Origin: Octopus sinensis
Lineage: Eukaryota
Reading direction: 5' to 3'
Assembly: GCF_006345805.1 (NCBI RefSeq)
Contig: NC_043003.1
Coordinates: 91,946,001 to 92,010,000, forward strand
Length of the DNA: 64,000 bases
Part shown: piece after piece, positions 28,216 to 41,000 of the stretch
How positions within the stretch are numbered: the stretch's first letter is position 1
How the letters are laid out: every line of letters begins with the position of its first letter
Made by a program: the position numbers and the translations under genes
Notes under the pieces: model-generated
Told to the model about the DNA's origin: nothing
The model's database searches: none
The model's input: the letters and a program-made list of their open reading frames with translations, nothing else

Positions 28216-29675
28216 CTAATTCAACTGAATCTTATATATATATATATATATATTCTAGAGAGACTAAAGGTATATTTGTCAGTTTACTTATTCCAGATAC
28301 TTTAATTTGTATACTTACTTGTACAAGGTATATTGCATTAGCTCACACAATTATATGAATTATAGTTCCTTATTCACTATGTATAGTGATTCTAAATGAA
28401 TTTTACATTTTGTTATGAGAATTATTATTTAAATTTACATTTCATCTATATTCGACAACACAACTGTTCTGACACTCTCTACATTAATTAGTTATTTTCC
28501 TCAAATATTAACTATAATTCAAGATTAAAAAAATAAGACTTTAGCTGTTATTTAGCTGCTATTTAGCCCCAGGTAGGCTCCGACTGAGGCAACTGACATT
28601 CAAAAATATTCCACTCATGACCTCTTGGCATGACACAATTTGAACACAACATTTTTTGATGTCTTTTTTTCTTAGATAAAAGTATGATTAGAGGGAGAGA
28701 TTTGGTTTGTTATTTCTGGCATGTTGTTGGACTATAAGTGGACACTTTCATTGGTTCTATTCTTTTAAATACTTTCAGTGGTGAACTTAAAATAAGGCTG
28801 AAGCAAACTAGATATTTAAAAAAAAATGAACTGGAGATCCCTATATATCAAATCTCGTTAGGGTCAGCTTTGTGCTTTCATCTCTTTAGAGTCTTATCAT
28901 ATGTTAATTCTAAGTTGAAATCATGTGAAGGTCAACTTTGCCATTTGTCCTTCTGAGGTCAATAAAATAAAGTACCAGTCAAGTACTGGGGTCAGTAATA
29001 CTGACAAACTGCCTACCCTAAAAATTGTTAGGCTTGTGCCTAAATGAGAAACAACTATTTACATGTTACTATGTTATTTCTCAATGAACAGTAACTTCTC
29101 TGAATTACATTTTTGTAAGACCTGATTCCCCCCCCTCTCTCAGACACACAGTGATTATTATTGTTTTAGTGGTTTTGGATCCTCAAGAGTTCATATGACC
29201 ATTGGGAGTCCATATAAGATTTTGTTGTTAGAGTTTATGTGCAGATAAATTATTTATACTTCTACAATACACAAAATAGTTTCATTTTTTTTTTATAAAT
29301 ACAATTCCTAATAATATCTAATTATAAAAAAATATAACAGGATATTTTAAATACTGGATGGTTATGAGGATTCATCTGAGTAAAATAGGAATCAAAGGCA
29401 AAAAATGGTTGAAAGCCACCACTTTACATAGAGTGTTTGATTAAAAAGAAAACAGAACAACTCCAAAATTCTATGAGTGTGTATGTGTGTAATAAAACAG
29501 TTTAATCATCCTTTTTTGTTTCTTGACTTGGGCAACAGTCTGTTTAATAAAATATCTTTACAAAAGCAAAAAAGCAATGCTACATACACACACTTAAGAT
29601 ATCATTGTGATGTTGCCATAATTTCTTGCTATTAACACTTTGCCGTTTATATTCACTGCCGCTTGGGGATCACAG

Positions 29676-29681
29676 AATCAA
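29676..29681 (+). CDS. VCL: Candidate 6-nt microexon of vinculin (AATCAA)
   Basis: First AG (cacag) after a ~74-nt AG-free zone, then 6 nt, then gtaagt; TGCATG at 29696-29701 and 29845-29850; phase-1 symmetric. Confidence 0.4.
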
Positions 29682-30200
29682 GTAAGTACTGTTGATGCAT
29701 GCTGAACAGTTTGCAGTTATTTTTTTTTTAATGAGTTTATTTTTCTTTTTTTTTTTTTCTGATTTGAAAAAGAGTTGGGGTTTGTGCGAGGGTGTTACAT
29801 GCCTGTGAAACCTTCACCACATTACTTTGTTCACACCACCCAACTGCATGCAATCCTATCCTTATTTTGCCTCATATATATAATTGACATTATACAGAGA
29901 GAGTTTGAAACACACACACAAAGGTTTGGGAAAACAAACAAGAAATAGAACTCAACTTTCTGCTGATTAGAAATATTAAAATTATATACCTTCTTTTTTT
30001 TTAATTACATTTTTGATTGGAGAAAAGTTAGAAAAGTGACTCGAGGAATGAGAATTTCGTTAGTTCGGTAAATGCTTCCGCAAAGCTCTTGGGTCTTGAA
30101 TCACTTTTATAACAATTTACTGATGAAATAAATCAAAAAAGAAAGAAAAGAGTTATTTCCCTTTACACCCTTTTCTTTCTCGAAATGCTTTGTCGTAAAG

Positions 30201-30212
30201 GTTTGGCTGTGG
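30201..30212 (+). CDS. VCL: Candidate 12-nt microexon of vinculin (inserts GLAV)
   Basis: Long pyrimidine tract + TGC + gtaaag acceptor, GTTTGGCTGTGG, then gtaagc donor; phase-1 symmetric and stop-free. Confidence 0.6.
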
Positions 30213-31780
30213 GTAAGCTGGATCTGTTACGGCTTGGCTTGGTGCCTTGTCATAAGCTGTTTTGCTGCTCTCGTTCTGCTAAGCCCTTACGGAAAGGCAT
30301 GAACATTTGCCCACCTGTTTCTTCCTGTCCCCTAACCTCAAGAAATTGAAACATATTCGAAATATATAAATAAAATGCTAAATATATCTATATTTGATTG
30401 ATATAATCCATATTCTTTTGTCTTTTTACAAAGTTTTATTTTCTTTAGTTTTAAATTGTTTAGCTTGTTTTATTCCATGATGCTTATTTTGATGAGAAAC
30501 CTACCGCCTTTATTAAGAATTGATGTGTTCCTAGCCAAATATTTTATTTAATCCCACTCTCCTTTTTTTCTCCCCCAAGATATCTTCCCTTGTTAGATTT
30601 ATTAACAGCATTTAGTATTTGAACCCATTTAGAATATCTTAGTTTCTGGCATTCTTTCTCCCCAAAGTTTGAGTATTTAGACTTCCTTCCTGTCCATGAT
30701 GAGAGTTCAAGGCAGATGGTAAAATATGTAGTTGTCTGTTTTGCACATTAAATGTTGCATTGAGATCAGCTATTTTTATTTTTACTTATCTATTTATTTA
30801 TAATGAATTTTATATTTTGTATAGTTACTTCCATATTTTCAAATCAAATCAGATAAATGAATGATATTGTGTGAATTGTAGACAGTCTGACAAAATGCGT
30901 TGGAGTAATTCGGTTATCTCCCTTTATGTTTAACTCTACCAGCTTTAATTTTGCTTTTTGTCTTGTCACTCTCTCTGTGAAATTTGGTGCCTTGTGCTCA
31001 TATTAGAATTCAATATTTCATCCTAAATTGGATTGAGAAAATATAGTACTAGCGTTGAAGTCACTTGACTAACTTTATTCCCAGAATTGGTAGCTTTACA
31101 TCTCTGTAAGAAATTATTATGGCAGGATTGGTACAGTGGTGAATGAAATGCCTATTTAGTTGTATACCTTTACATTCTGAGTTCACAGAGTATTGATTCA
31201 CTCTGCCTTTTATCATTTCTGAGGGCTAGAAAATAAACATAAGGTAAGTACTAGGGTCAATGTAATTAATCCCCACCCCTCCCAAAATTTCAGGTCTTAT
31301 GACTATTGTGGAGAGGATCATTATTATTATTAAAGTGATGAGCTGGCAGAATTGTCAGCACACCAGGCAAAATGTTTAGCAGCATTTTGTCTGTCTTTAC
31401 ATTCTGAGTTTAAAGTCCGTTGAGGTAGTTTTTGCCTTTCATCCCTTTGGGGTTGATGAAATAAGTTGAATGTTGGGGCTGATGTAATCGACTTACATCC
31501 TCCCCCAAAATTTCAAGTTTTGTGCTTTTATTGAAAAAATTATTTATATTATTAGCAAACAGTAAAATTGAAGTGAGAGTTTTTACATTTTCTTGCTGAA
31601 TGACCGATAGCTTCCCAGTCTCTCATAAAAAGAGAATGTACAAAATATGTATTTTGTTTTTACAATAAACTTCTTGCTTATATTCATGTTTTATTTTAAT
31701 ACTGTCTCTTACATCAACCATCCAGAGTAAATTAAAAATCCAGTAGTTATATGAATGTAAATGAAGGTATAGCAAATGTA

Positions 31781-33021
31781 TTGGGTCATACCATAAATAA
31801 TGTGATTTTCAATTGCATGAACTAAGAGTCAGAGAGGGATGGGATACACTTCCTGCATCAACTTGTTATAAAAGCAGGTAGTAATATTACCTTCTACTTA
31901 TTCTTAGTGCAAGTTTTGAAGAGTACAGTTCGATTTTAAGTTTGTTTTTTTTTCAAATCTGTAATGGGAATGACAAAGGAGCATATTATTTTACTTATTT
32001 TGCTTTATGAGTTCAATAAAGGCAACAATACAATGGAAAGTGTGAGGAATATTAATGCAGTATATGTGGATTGGACAATAAATGGAAACCAGTGTCAACA
32101 GTGGTTCCATAAATTCTGAGCCAGAAACTACAGCCTAGAAGACAAAACTCATCTGTAGACCTCAATGAGGAAGTCCTGCAAACCCTCCTGGAACAAAATT
32201 CCATCGTAACTTTTGAAGAACTAGCAGAGAAGCTTGGATTCGGTCAGTCAACCATTGATCGACACCTGTGTAACATCAGAAAAGTCAGAAAATTGAGTCA
32301 ATGGGTCCCTCACAAACTTTCTGAGTCTAATCACATGCAGAGAGTGAATGTGTGCCTTTCTTTGCTGTCACGTCTCACGAATGAACTTTTTTGGACTGAA
32401 TAATGATTGGTGACGAGAAATGAGTCTCTATAAAGATGTCTGAAGACAGTGGGTAGGGAAAGGAGAAACACTGGCACTCCAGGCTACAGGTCTTCATCTA
32501 TGTAAGATGGTGTTATCTGTTTGGTGGGTTATGAAAGGTTTAATCAACTTCGAACTTTTAAACTCAAACCAAATGATAACAAAGGTGATCTACTGCAAGC
32601 GCTAGAAGAAAAATGACCATCTTTAGTTTCAAGACGGAAGGTGTTCTTCCATCAGGATAATGCTCGGCCACATACAGTGAGGATGACATTCCAAAGGCTG
32701 GAGCAGCTTGAATGGGAAACAATAACCCACCTACCATATTCACTGGACAATACACCATTTGATTATCATTTATTCTGCAGTCTTCAAAATCATTTAGATG
32801 GAAAAAATATGAATTCTGTAGACAAGGTCAGAACAGTGCTGGAGAAGTATTTTTTATCATGGACAAGTGAATTCTGGAAGAGGGGCCTTGCAAGTCTACC
32901 ACATAGATGGAAGAACATTGTAGAAAAAGGAGAGTATATTTTAGATTAAAAAAGAACTTCATTTATCTTAATTTTGAAAAATAAAAAGTATAAAAAACTG
33001 CATTATTTATGGGAGACTCAA
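31781..33021 (+). mobile_element. Full-length mariner (DD34D) transposon with dead transposase, in the vinculin intron
   Basis: Imperfect TIRs TTGGGTCATACCATAAATAATG / CATTATTTATGGGAGACTCAA, TA on both sides; WVPHKL, GDEK, HQDNARPH and YSLDNTPFDYHLF motifs; 34 residues between the 2nd and 3rd Asp; stops and frameshifts. Confidence 0.92.
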
Positions 33022-33683
33022 TATGTAGACTAAATTTGATAAAGAAAATCTTAAATACTTCCTGCTGTATATAATTATTGAGTACTTTTTTGCAGTACTG
33101 CTTAGTAACCTCTTTTGATTAACCCCTAAATGCTGTTTAGAACCAGGAAATGCTATTTTTTAGAAATTTTACTTTCAAATTGTTTATATTTTGATAGTTC
33201 TTAACATTCATTGAAACATTTTTTTTTAAAGATGTGTGTCTTAGATAAGACTTATAATTTGTCCTTGTAATGGAGAGTTTATTCTGATTTCAAATACACT
33301 GCATTGATTGTTAAGGTTGGAACCCATAAACTATAGTTAATCAGTCCACTTCATGGCCAGTCAACCATCTTGGCTTTCTCCTTTCCCAAACTCTTTATCT
33401 AAAATCCTCTTCTAAACTAGTGTGCAAAACTGATGTCCAGAATTGCTATCCTAGTCTGAAGTATTTGATTTACATCCAGAATATTTTGGGGGCTTAAGCA
33501 TTTGAATTAAATCTTGGATGCAAATCCCAGGTTTTTTGAAGTCTAATGAATCAGGGCAATTTTTATTGTTTCCCTTATTACTGGTCTTTGTATGTTGATT
33601 TGAGTTGGAACATATCTTATAAAGAAACAAGAAATACAATGTATTTATTTAATATTAAACAAATTAATGCATCTATTTTCCAG

Positions 33684-33850
33684 GTTCTCAAGAAGACCAA
33701 GATGCAACAGAGATGTTAGTCGGTAATGCTCAGAACCTTATGCAGTCAGTCAAAGAAACTGTGCGTGCTGCAGAGGCTGCATCAATCAAGATCCGTGTTG
33801 ACTCTGGCTACACCATCAGATGGATCCGTAAAAGGCCATGGTATACATAA
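33684..33850 (+). CDS. VCL: Vinculin terminal coding exon
   Basis: ctattttccag acceptor; (G)[54 protein letters not shown] with TAA at 33848-33850; typical vinculin C-terminus. Confidence 0.97.
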
Positions 33851-34086
33851 GTTAAACAGTGTTTTCAAGGTTCAGTATGTTTTGTGTGAGTGCAAGTTTA
33901 TGGCTTTGCACACCATTACTGATTTGAAGGTAACTTGTTTAGACAAATGCAGTGAATTAAACGATACAGTTAAAGCTGCGTTATATAAGAATCTGCTTGA
34001 GATTATGGCCACTCATAGTTCGTTACATTTTTTAAAAAATTATTTTTAAGTATTTACATTTAAAAGCAAACAAAAATCATAGGAAG

Positions 34087-34092
34087 AATAAA
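34087..34092 (+). terminator. Possible polyadenylation signal of vinculin
   Basis: AATAAA about 240 nt after the stop; AT-rich context gives many chance matches. Confidence 0.25.
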
Positions 34093-34215
34093 ATTTTTAA
34101 AATGAAAAAAAAAATTGACAATGAAAAAAGTCCAAAAAAAGTTTTTACAAGGAGATGGCTATGGTGCTTATTATATTTTATCAATAACTGCTTATTTCTG
34201 AAATTTCCTCAACTA

Positions 34216-34269
<54 letters not shown>

Positions 34270-34714
34270 GGTACATATGTATGTATGTATGTATATATAT
34301 ATATATATATGTCCAACCCATGCTAGCATGGAAAGCAGACGTTAAATGATGATATATATATATATGTTTATGTATGGAATTTCCTTTTGTGCCAATTGTT
34401 TCATCAGACACATATATACATGCACTCAATTGAAATTGTTATAAAATGCAACATGAACTGACATTCTTTGATTTATTTATTTATTTATTGCCCCTCCTCT
34501 CTTATTTTGTATACTTTTTTCTACGACCTTTTCATTTTTTTTCTTTTAAATTTCACTTCATAAGCTTAAATGCTTCTATCTTTTTTTTTTCATTCATAAT
34601 ATTTTTGTATTGTGAAATTTTTTTCTCTTTCTTTTGCAATCACCTGTTTTCCTGTTAGGTCTTCCATGTCATGTTGTTGTTGTTATTATTATCATTATTA
34701 TTATTATTATTGAC

Positions 34715-35560
34715 TTGGCAGAATTGTTTGAGTGCCAAACACAATACCTTGTGGTAATCAGTTACGGTTGAGTTCAAATCCCATCAAGGCCAACTCTTCT
34801 TTTCATCCCCCCAGGGTCAATGAGATTAAAGTACCAGGCAGGTATTTCTACCAATTTTAGAGATCATTATTAATTTTAGAGTGGTTGACTGGCAAAGTCA
34901 CTAACTTAGACAAAATACCTGGCATTTCTGCTTTTCCCTTTTTTGTTTTCAAATGCAGCCAAGATAACTTTGCTTTTCATCTGCTGTCTGAGGTTAATGA
35001 AATAAAGTATCAGTGAAGTATTAGATTTAATTTAAATAATAAAACTCATCTCCCAAATTTCTGATTTTGTGCCTATATTAGAAATAATAATAATAATAAT
35101 AATCTCAAATTTCGGCACAAGGCTCAACTTATACTTATTTTATTGATCCCATAAAGATGAAAGGCAAAGTTGACCTTAGTAGATTTAAACTCACAATGCA
35201 AAGACAGATGAAATGCTACTTAGTATTTTGTCTGGGTTTGTTCTGAGTTCAAATGCTATTGAGGTCAACTTTGCCTTCCATCCTTGCAGGGTCGCTAAAA
35301 TAAATACCTGTTAAGCACTGGGGGGTTGATGTAATCAACTTCCCCTTCTCTAAATTGCTGGCCCTGTGCCAAAATCAGAAAGGATTATTATTAACATTAG
35401 ATTGGCAGAACACATAAGGGCAACAAACAAAATACCTTGCAGTATTTAGTTGCGTCTCCTCACATTTTGAGTTCAAATCCTGCTGACGTCAACATCATTA
35501 ACTGCACTTCCTCTCCACACACACCAAATTTTCTGGCCTTGTGCTCATGTAATAAATCAT
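34715..35560. mobile_element. Dense cluster of SINE family B fragments on both strands
   Basis: Repeated GAGTTCAAAT...AACTTTGCCTT(T/C)CATCC motifs. Confidence 0.7.
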
Positions 35561-35603
35561 CATCATCATTATTATTATTATTATTATTATCATTATTATT
35601 ATT

Positions 35604-37518
35604 ATTATCATTATTATCTTATCAACATTGAATCATTGTTTTAGGAATCACTAACTTCATGTCAAAAGATCTGGTTAAATAATTATTTTCATACATTTAA
35701 AATTAATTTTGAATATATTATTTTTATCTTGGTTGGAACTGTTTATTACTAGAAATGACCGAAGAGAGGCTTTGTTCTGTACTAATTGCATACACACACA
35801 CACACAATCACACATACATAATGCTTGTATGTATTTGCATTACAATAATTATGATAATGATAATAATTGTAGTTATACTACGAATAATGCTCATTGTAGT
35901 ACTAAAGAGATTACATATAACTGATTGTAGTCCCAGCTTGTTCCAGATAGGAAAATGGTTCTCAATCATTTGGAATTAGGCACACACACTTGCACACAAA
36001 GGGTCACATTTTAAATGCAAGCAACTAGCAAGCACATTTATTCAATATGTTCCTTATGATACTCCTGCAATATGTTTCTTATGATACTACTGCAAATATA
36101 GGGTTGTTTCAATTACCCCACCATCCTGTAAAATTTGACCTAATGCTTATTCAATGACCAAGGCTGCTGTGCTTAACTAAATACCTCAGTCTCTTAGTCT
36201 CAGGTTCAAATACCACTACTGAGGGGTGGGTGAATAGTATTAATTATATATTCGGGTCAATGCAAGCAACATATACCTCTATCTAAAAAGAGCAGTTTTC
36301 TGTCACACCAAAAAGAAAAATGTTGTTGTTATAATTTTGGATTAGCAGAATCTTTAGAGCATGAGACCAAAAGCCTATGCTGTATTTTGTTGCAACTTTT
36401 TACATTCTGAGTTCAAATCCTGCTGAGATCAATTTTGCCTTTTCTCCTTTTGGGGTTAATAAATAAACTACCAGTGAAGTTTTAGGTTAGCTTTGATTGA
36501 CTACCTCACATCCTAGATTTCTGGCTTTGTACCATGTCAGAAAGTATTATTATTATTATTATTATCATTATTATCTTATCAACATTGAATCATTGTTTTA
36601 GGAATCACTAACTTCATGTCAAAAGATCTGGTTAAATAATTATTTTCATACATTTAAAATTAATTTTGAATATATTATTTTTATCTTGGTTGGAACTGTT
36701 TATTACTAGAAATGACCGAAGAGAGGCTTTGTTCTGTACTAATTGCATACACACACAATCACACATACATAATGCTTGTATGTATTTGCATTACAATAAT
36801 TATGATAATGATAATAATTGTAGTTATACTACGAATAATGCTCATTGTAGTACTAAAGAGATTACATATAACTGATTGTAGTCCCAGCTTGTTCCAGATA
36901 GGAAAATGGTTCTCAATCATTTGGAATTAGGCACACACACTTGCACACAAAGGGTCACATTTTAAATGCAAGCAACTAGCAAGCACATTTATTCAATATG
37001 TTCCTTATGATACTCCTGCAATATGTTCCTTATGATACTCCTGCAATATGTTTCTTATGATACTACTGCAAATATAGGGTTGTTTCAATTACCCCACCAT
37101 CCTGTAAAATTTGACCTAATGCTTATTCAATGACCAAGGCTGCTGTGCTTAACTAAATACCTCAGTCTCTTAGTCTCAGGTTCAAATACCACTACTGAGG
37201 GGTGGGTGAATAGTATTAATTATATATTCGGGTCAATGCAAGCAACATATACCTCTATCTAAAAAGAGCAGTTTTCTGTCACACCAAAAAGAAAAATGTT
37301 GTTGTTATAATTTTGGATTAGCAGAATCTTTAGAGCATGAGACCAAAAGCCTATGCTGTATTTTGTTGCAACTTTTTACATTCTGAGTTCAAATCCTGCT
37401 GAGATCAATTTTGCCTTTTCTCCTTTTGGGGTTAATAAATAAACTACCAGTGAAGTTTTAGGTTAGCTTTGATTGACTAACCTCACATCCTAGATTTCTG
37501 GCTTTGTACCATGTCAGA

Positions 37519-37521
<3 letters not shown>
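35604..37521 (+). repeat. Tandem duplication of a ~950-bp unit bounded by (ATT)n tracts
   Basis: 35618-36544 versus 36575-37521, near-identical; differences seen are (CA)n length, a 25-bp unit x2 versus x3, and a 1-bp indel. Confidence 0.95.
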
Positions 37522-37560
<39 letters not shown>

Positions 37561-38351
37561 GAGTCAGTGAGCTGTCAGAATCATTAGTGTGCCAGACAAA
37601 ATGCCTAGTGGTATTTCTTCTGACTCATTATGTTCTGAGTTCAAATTCTGCCAAGATCAACTTTGCCTTTCATCCTTTCAGGGTCAATAAAATAAATACC
37701 TGTTAAGCACTGGGGTCAATGTAATTGACTTCCCTCCTTCTAAAAAAATCGCTGGCCTTGTGCCTATAATAGGAAGAATTATTATTATTGAAATTTGAAC
37801 TTTTTTTAAGCTAACCAACAACAAACTGTAATAATGTTATCAATGATGACTTCTCACCGTGCCTTAAGCAATCAATATTATTGTTGTTGTTTTTTTAAAA
37901 TTTTTTTGATGAAATAAATGTCCAAAATATGGAACCCAATGAAATATTCAAATTGTTTTATTCTTTTCTTTTGTGTTTTTATAAGACATTTGTGCACACA
38001 CACATTTTCAGTTTAACTGTTTTTATTTACACTTTTTGAAATCAACAAAGATCAGTACTACTGTCTTTAAAGATTAAATTTGGTTTTATGGTATTTTAAC
38101 ACATTTTAAATATCACTGTAATATTTGCTCTTTAATTTTTACATGCGGTTTTTCCCGTGTTTGTATGATTTATATATTATTGAAGTATTGCTTTACAGCA
38201 GGATGCCCTTCCTGCTCCTAACATTGTAGTTGTAATCCTTATTTGCGAACAAATATTAGATTTTCTTTCTAAGAAAGGTAAATTAACTTTGAAGGATTAA
38301 TTCTGAATTTTTTGAAATTATCTTCCCTTTCTCTGAGAGTCACTATCAGGT

Positions 38352-38873
38352 AGGTCTGTGTGGTTAAGAAGTTCATTTCACAATTATATAGTTTTGGGTT
38401 CAGTCCTGCTGCATAGCAGCTTGAGCAAGTGTTTTCTACTATAATCTAGAACTGACCAATATCTTGTGAATTAATTTGCTACATGGAAACTGTATGGAAG
38501 TTCATCCATATGGTTCCGGGTTCAGTCCCACTGCGTGACATCTTGGGCAAGTGTCTTCAGCTATAGCCCCGGGCCGACCAAAGCCTTGTGAGTGGATTTG
38601 GTAGACGGAAACTGAAAGAAGCCTGTTGTATATATGTCTATATATATATATATATATGTATGTGTTTGTGTGTTTGTGTTTGTCTCCCTAGCATTGCTTG
38701 ATAACCGATGCTGGTGTGTTTACGTCCCCGTAACTTAGCGGTTTGGCAAAAGAGACCGATAGAATAAGTACTGGGCTTACTAAGAATAAGTCCTGGGGTC
38801 GATTTGCTCGACTAAAGGTGGTGCTCCAGCATGGCCGCAGTCAGATGACTGAAACAAGTAAAAGAGTAAAGAG
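38352..38873 (+). mobile_element. SINE family A: decayed head followed by a young near-full copy
   Basis: GGTTCCGGGTTCAGTCCCACTGCG...GGTAGACGGAAACTGAAAGAAGCC...ATGACTGAAACAAGTAAAAGAG. Confidence 0.85.
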
Positions 38874-40229
38874 TATAATGTGTGAATTGGTATGTTTCTT
38901 TACATCCATGTTTACTTCTATGATGTATGAGCGATGTTGTTGTCACCTCTATCAACAAATCAGTCACTTACCTCATGCCTTCAGAGTTGTATAGACCAAG
39001 AGATCCCTTATTTGAAAGACAGGTAAGGGTTAGTGACAATAAGGGCATCTGGCTGTAAAACAATGTCTCAGTAATATATTTAATCCATGGAAGGATAGAA
39101 AAATAAATGTAATACAAAAGGTGTGTGTATGCGTATGTGTGCATGAATTGGTGATGCTTTGGACATTCCTTTCAGTTTAAGGAACTGATGATGTTATGGA
39201 CATTCCTTGCTGACATTATGACCAGCCCTCTGCATTTCTGAAAACTTCTGGAATAAAAAAAACCACATACTTGTACACAAGTAAGAGTTAGTAACAGAAA
39301 GTGCATCCAACAATAAAAAATCTGCCTTGATGAATTTTATCTGACTTATGCAAGCATGGTTGAAAAGTGAACATCAAAATAATAGTGATGATGGTACTGT
39401 CCACGGAACTATGTATAGATACAGTGAGCGATATCTACAGATAATGCTTATTGTTACAGCTTGGTGAAGGATTGAATATTTTGGCCATTATTACAGCATG
39501 AAACCAGTGATAGAAGAAGAAATATCTACTTGTCTGATTGAGCCGAGCTATGATCAAAGAAGTTCCACTGGTGATCATCACATCTCTTATTTTTCTGTCA
39601 TTCATGATGTATATTGGAGTATATTATCAACTGAATTGTCTTCTTTAGCATGATTGTGAACAAATTGTTTGGGTCAAGGCCTGCAGTGTGTGTGTTTGCA
39701 TCATAGACCAGATACTCAGAAGTCATTTACTCAACAGTACCTCAGACTAATAAAATGCTCATTGCTTTGTTCATCTTTCCTTTCTACAATTAGATGAACT
39801 GTAACAGTGAGATTTGAGTATGTTGGCAATGAAAACAGGTTAGTAATGGCATATTAACCATCAGCATTTACTGCAACATATTTAACCATTCAGGTCAAAT
39901 GGTTGCATTTCTGAAGAAAATTTTTAAATAGTTTTTTTCATTATTCATTTCTCATCTAAAAATAAAGAGATATATTGCAATATCAAGAAAGAAGACATGG
40001 GTGTTAAACGATCCTTCAATGGTATATAGATTCAAAGAAATACTAGGTGAAGCTCATAAGAGGAAGATACATATAATATAGAAGACAACTAAATGTTTCT
40101 GACACTAGCAAAGCATTCTACATGGTGCAGCAGAAAATCTTCATGTTAAGAATGAATCTGAGAGGTTTTATATTGTACACATGCTAAGTATAGTACTCGA
40201 ATCTCTTACCAAAACAGCCTACCTATGGT

Positions 40230-40450
40230 GCCATGTGGATCAATGGTTTCCCATCAATCAGGTCACATCATTGTGTATGTGCTGATGATAATCTCAGGTT
40301 CAGTTTTGTTCCTTGCAAGTTTCCCTCTCTGCATCAATAATCTACTTGTCATTACCTCCAAAATCATTCACTCTTACACAAATGATATCACTCTTCATAC
40401 TTTCCTTACTTCTACACCAACACTTCATCTACACGCAACTTGAACACCTA
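40230..40450 (+). pseudogene. Decayed non-LTR reverse transcriptase fragment (CR1/Jockey-like)
   Basis: SGSVLFLASFPLCINNLL...IHSYTNDITLH resembles QGSVL.P.LF...INDL...YADD. Confidence 0.55.
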
Positions 40451-40614
40451 ACACCAAATATGTACTGATTCCATGAACAATGACCCCCAAAACATCCTCC
40501 AATAGAGTCATGTTAGTTTTGTCTCCTTCAATACTCCAAAGGTACAATCACTACACATATCTTGAAAAAATTATCTCTCTCCAAAACATGAATAGAAGAA
40601 TTTTAGGACTGGTT

Positions 40615-41000
40615 GTCCATATGAATACCTGTATGCCAATGATCTAACTCTTGGAGCTAAACCAGTTGAAGAATAAGAGGAAAAGCCCCAAACAAAGCTG
40701 AGTGTAGAATCAAGATGACTAAAAGTAAATCCAGTGAAACCAAAATTCTTAGCAAGAAAGAATGCTCTATTACCATCTTGGCAATGATTATTCTCAGTAA
40801 GCAGGAGAGTTGTAAGTAGGAATTCTATACTAAACTTATTAATGACCTCTGTAGAAATTTGTATTTAAACTGGATTGCACAGACAGGTTGAAATTAAAGA
40901 AAGACTTGTATGTAACAGATGTGCAGGAGTAGTTAGCCATTTGACCACTTATGACATGAATGCTTTATGTAACCGGAAAACCCCCTAGAAGCAATTGGCA
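40615..41000 (+). pseudogene. Decayed RTE-like LINE RT fragment
   Basis: EYLYANDLTLGAKPVEE... resembles ELLYADDL.L.AESVEEL; many stops. Confidence 0.5.
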
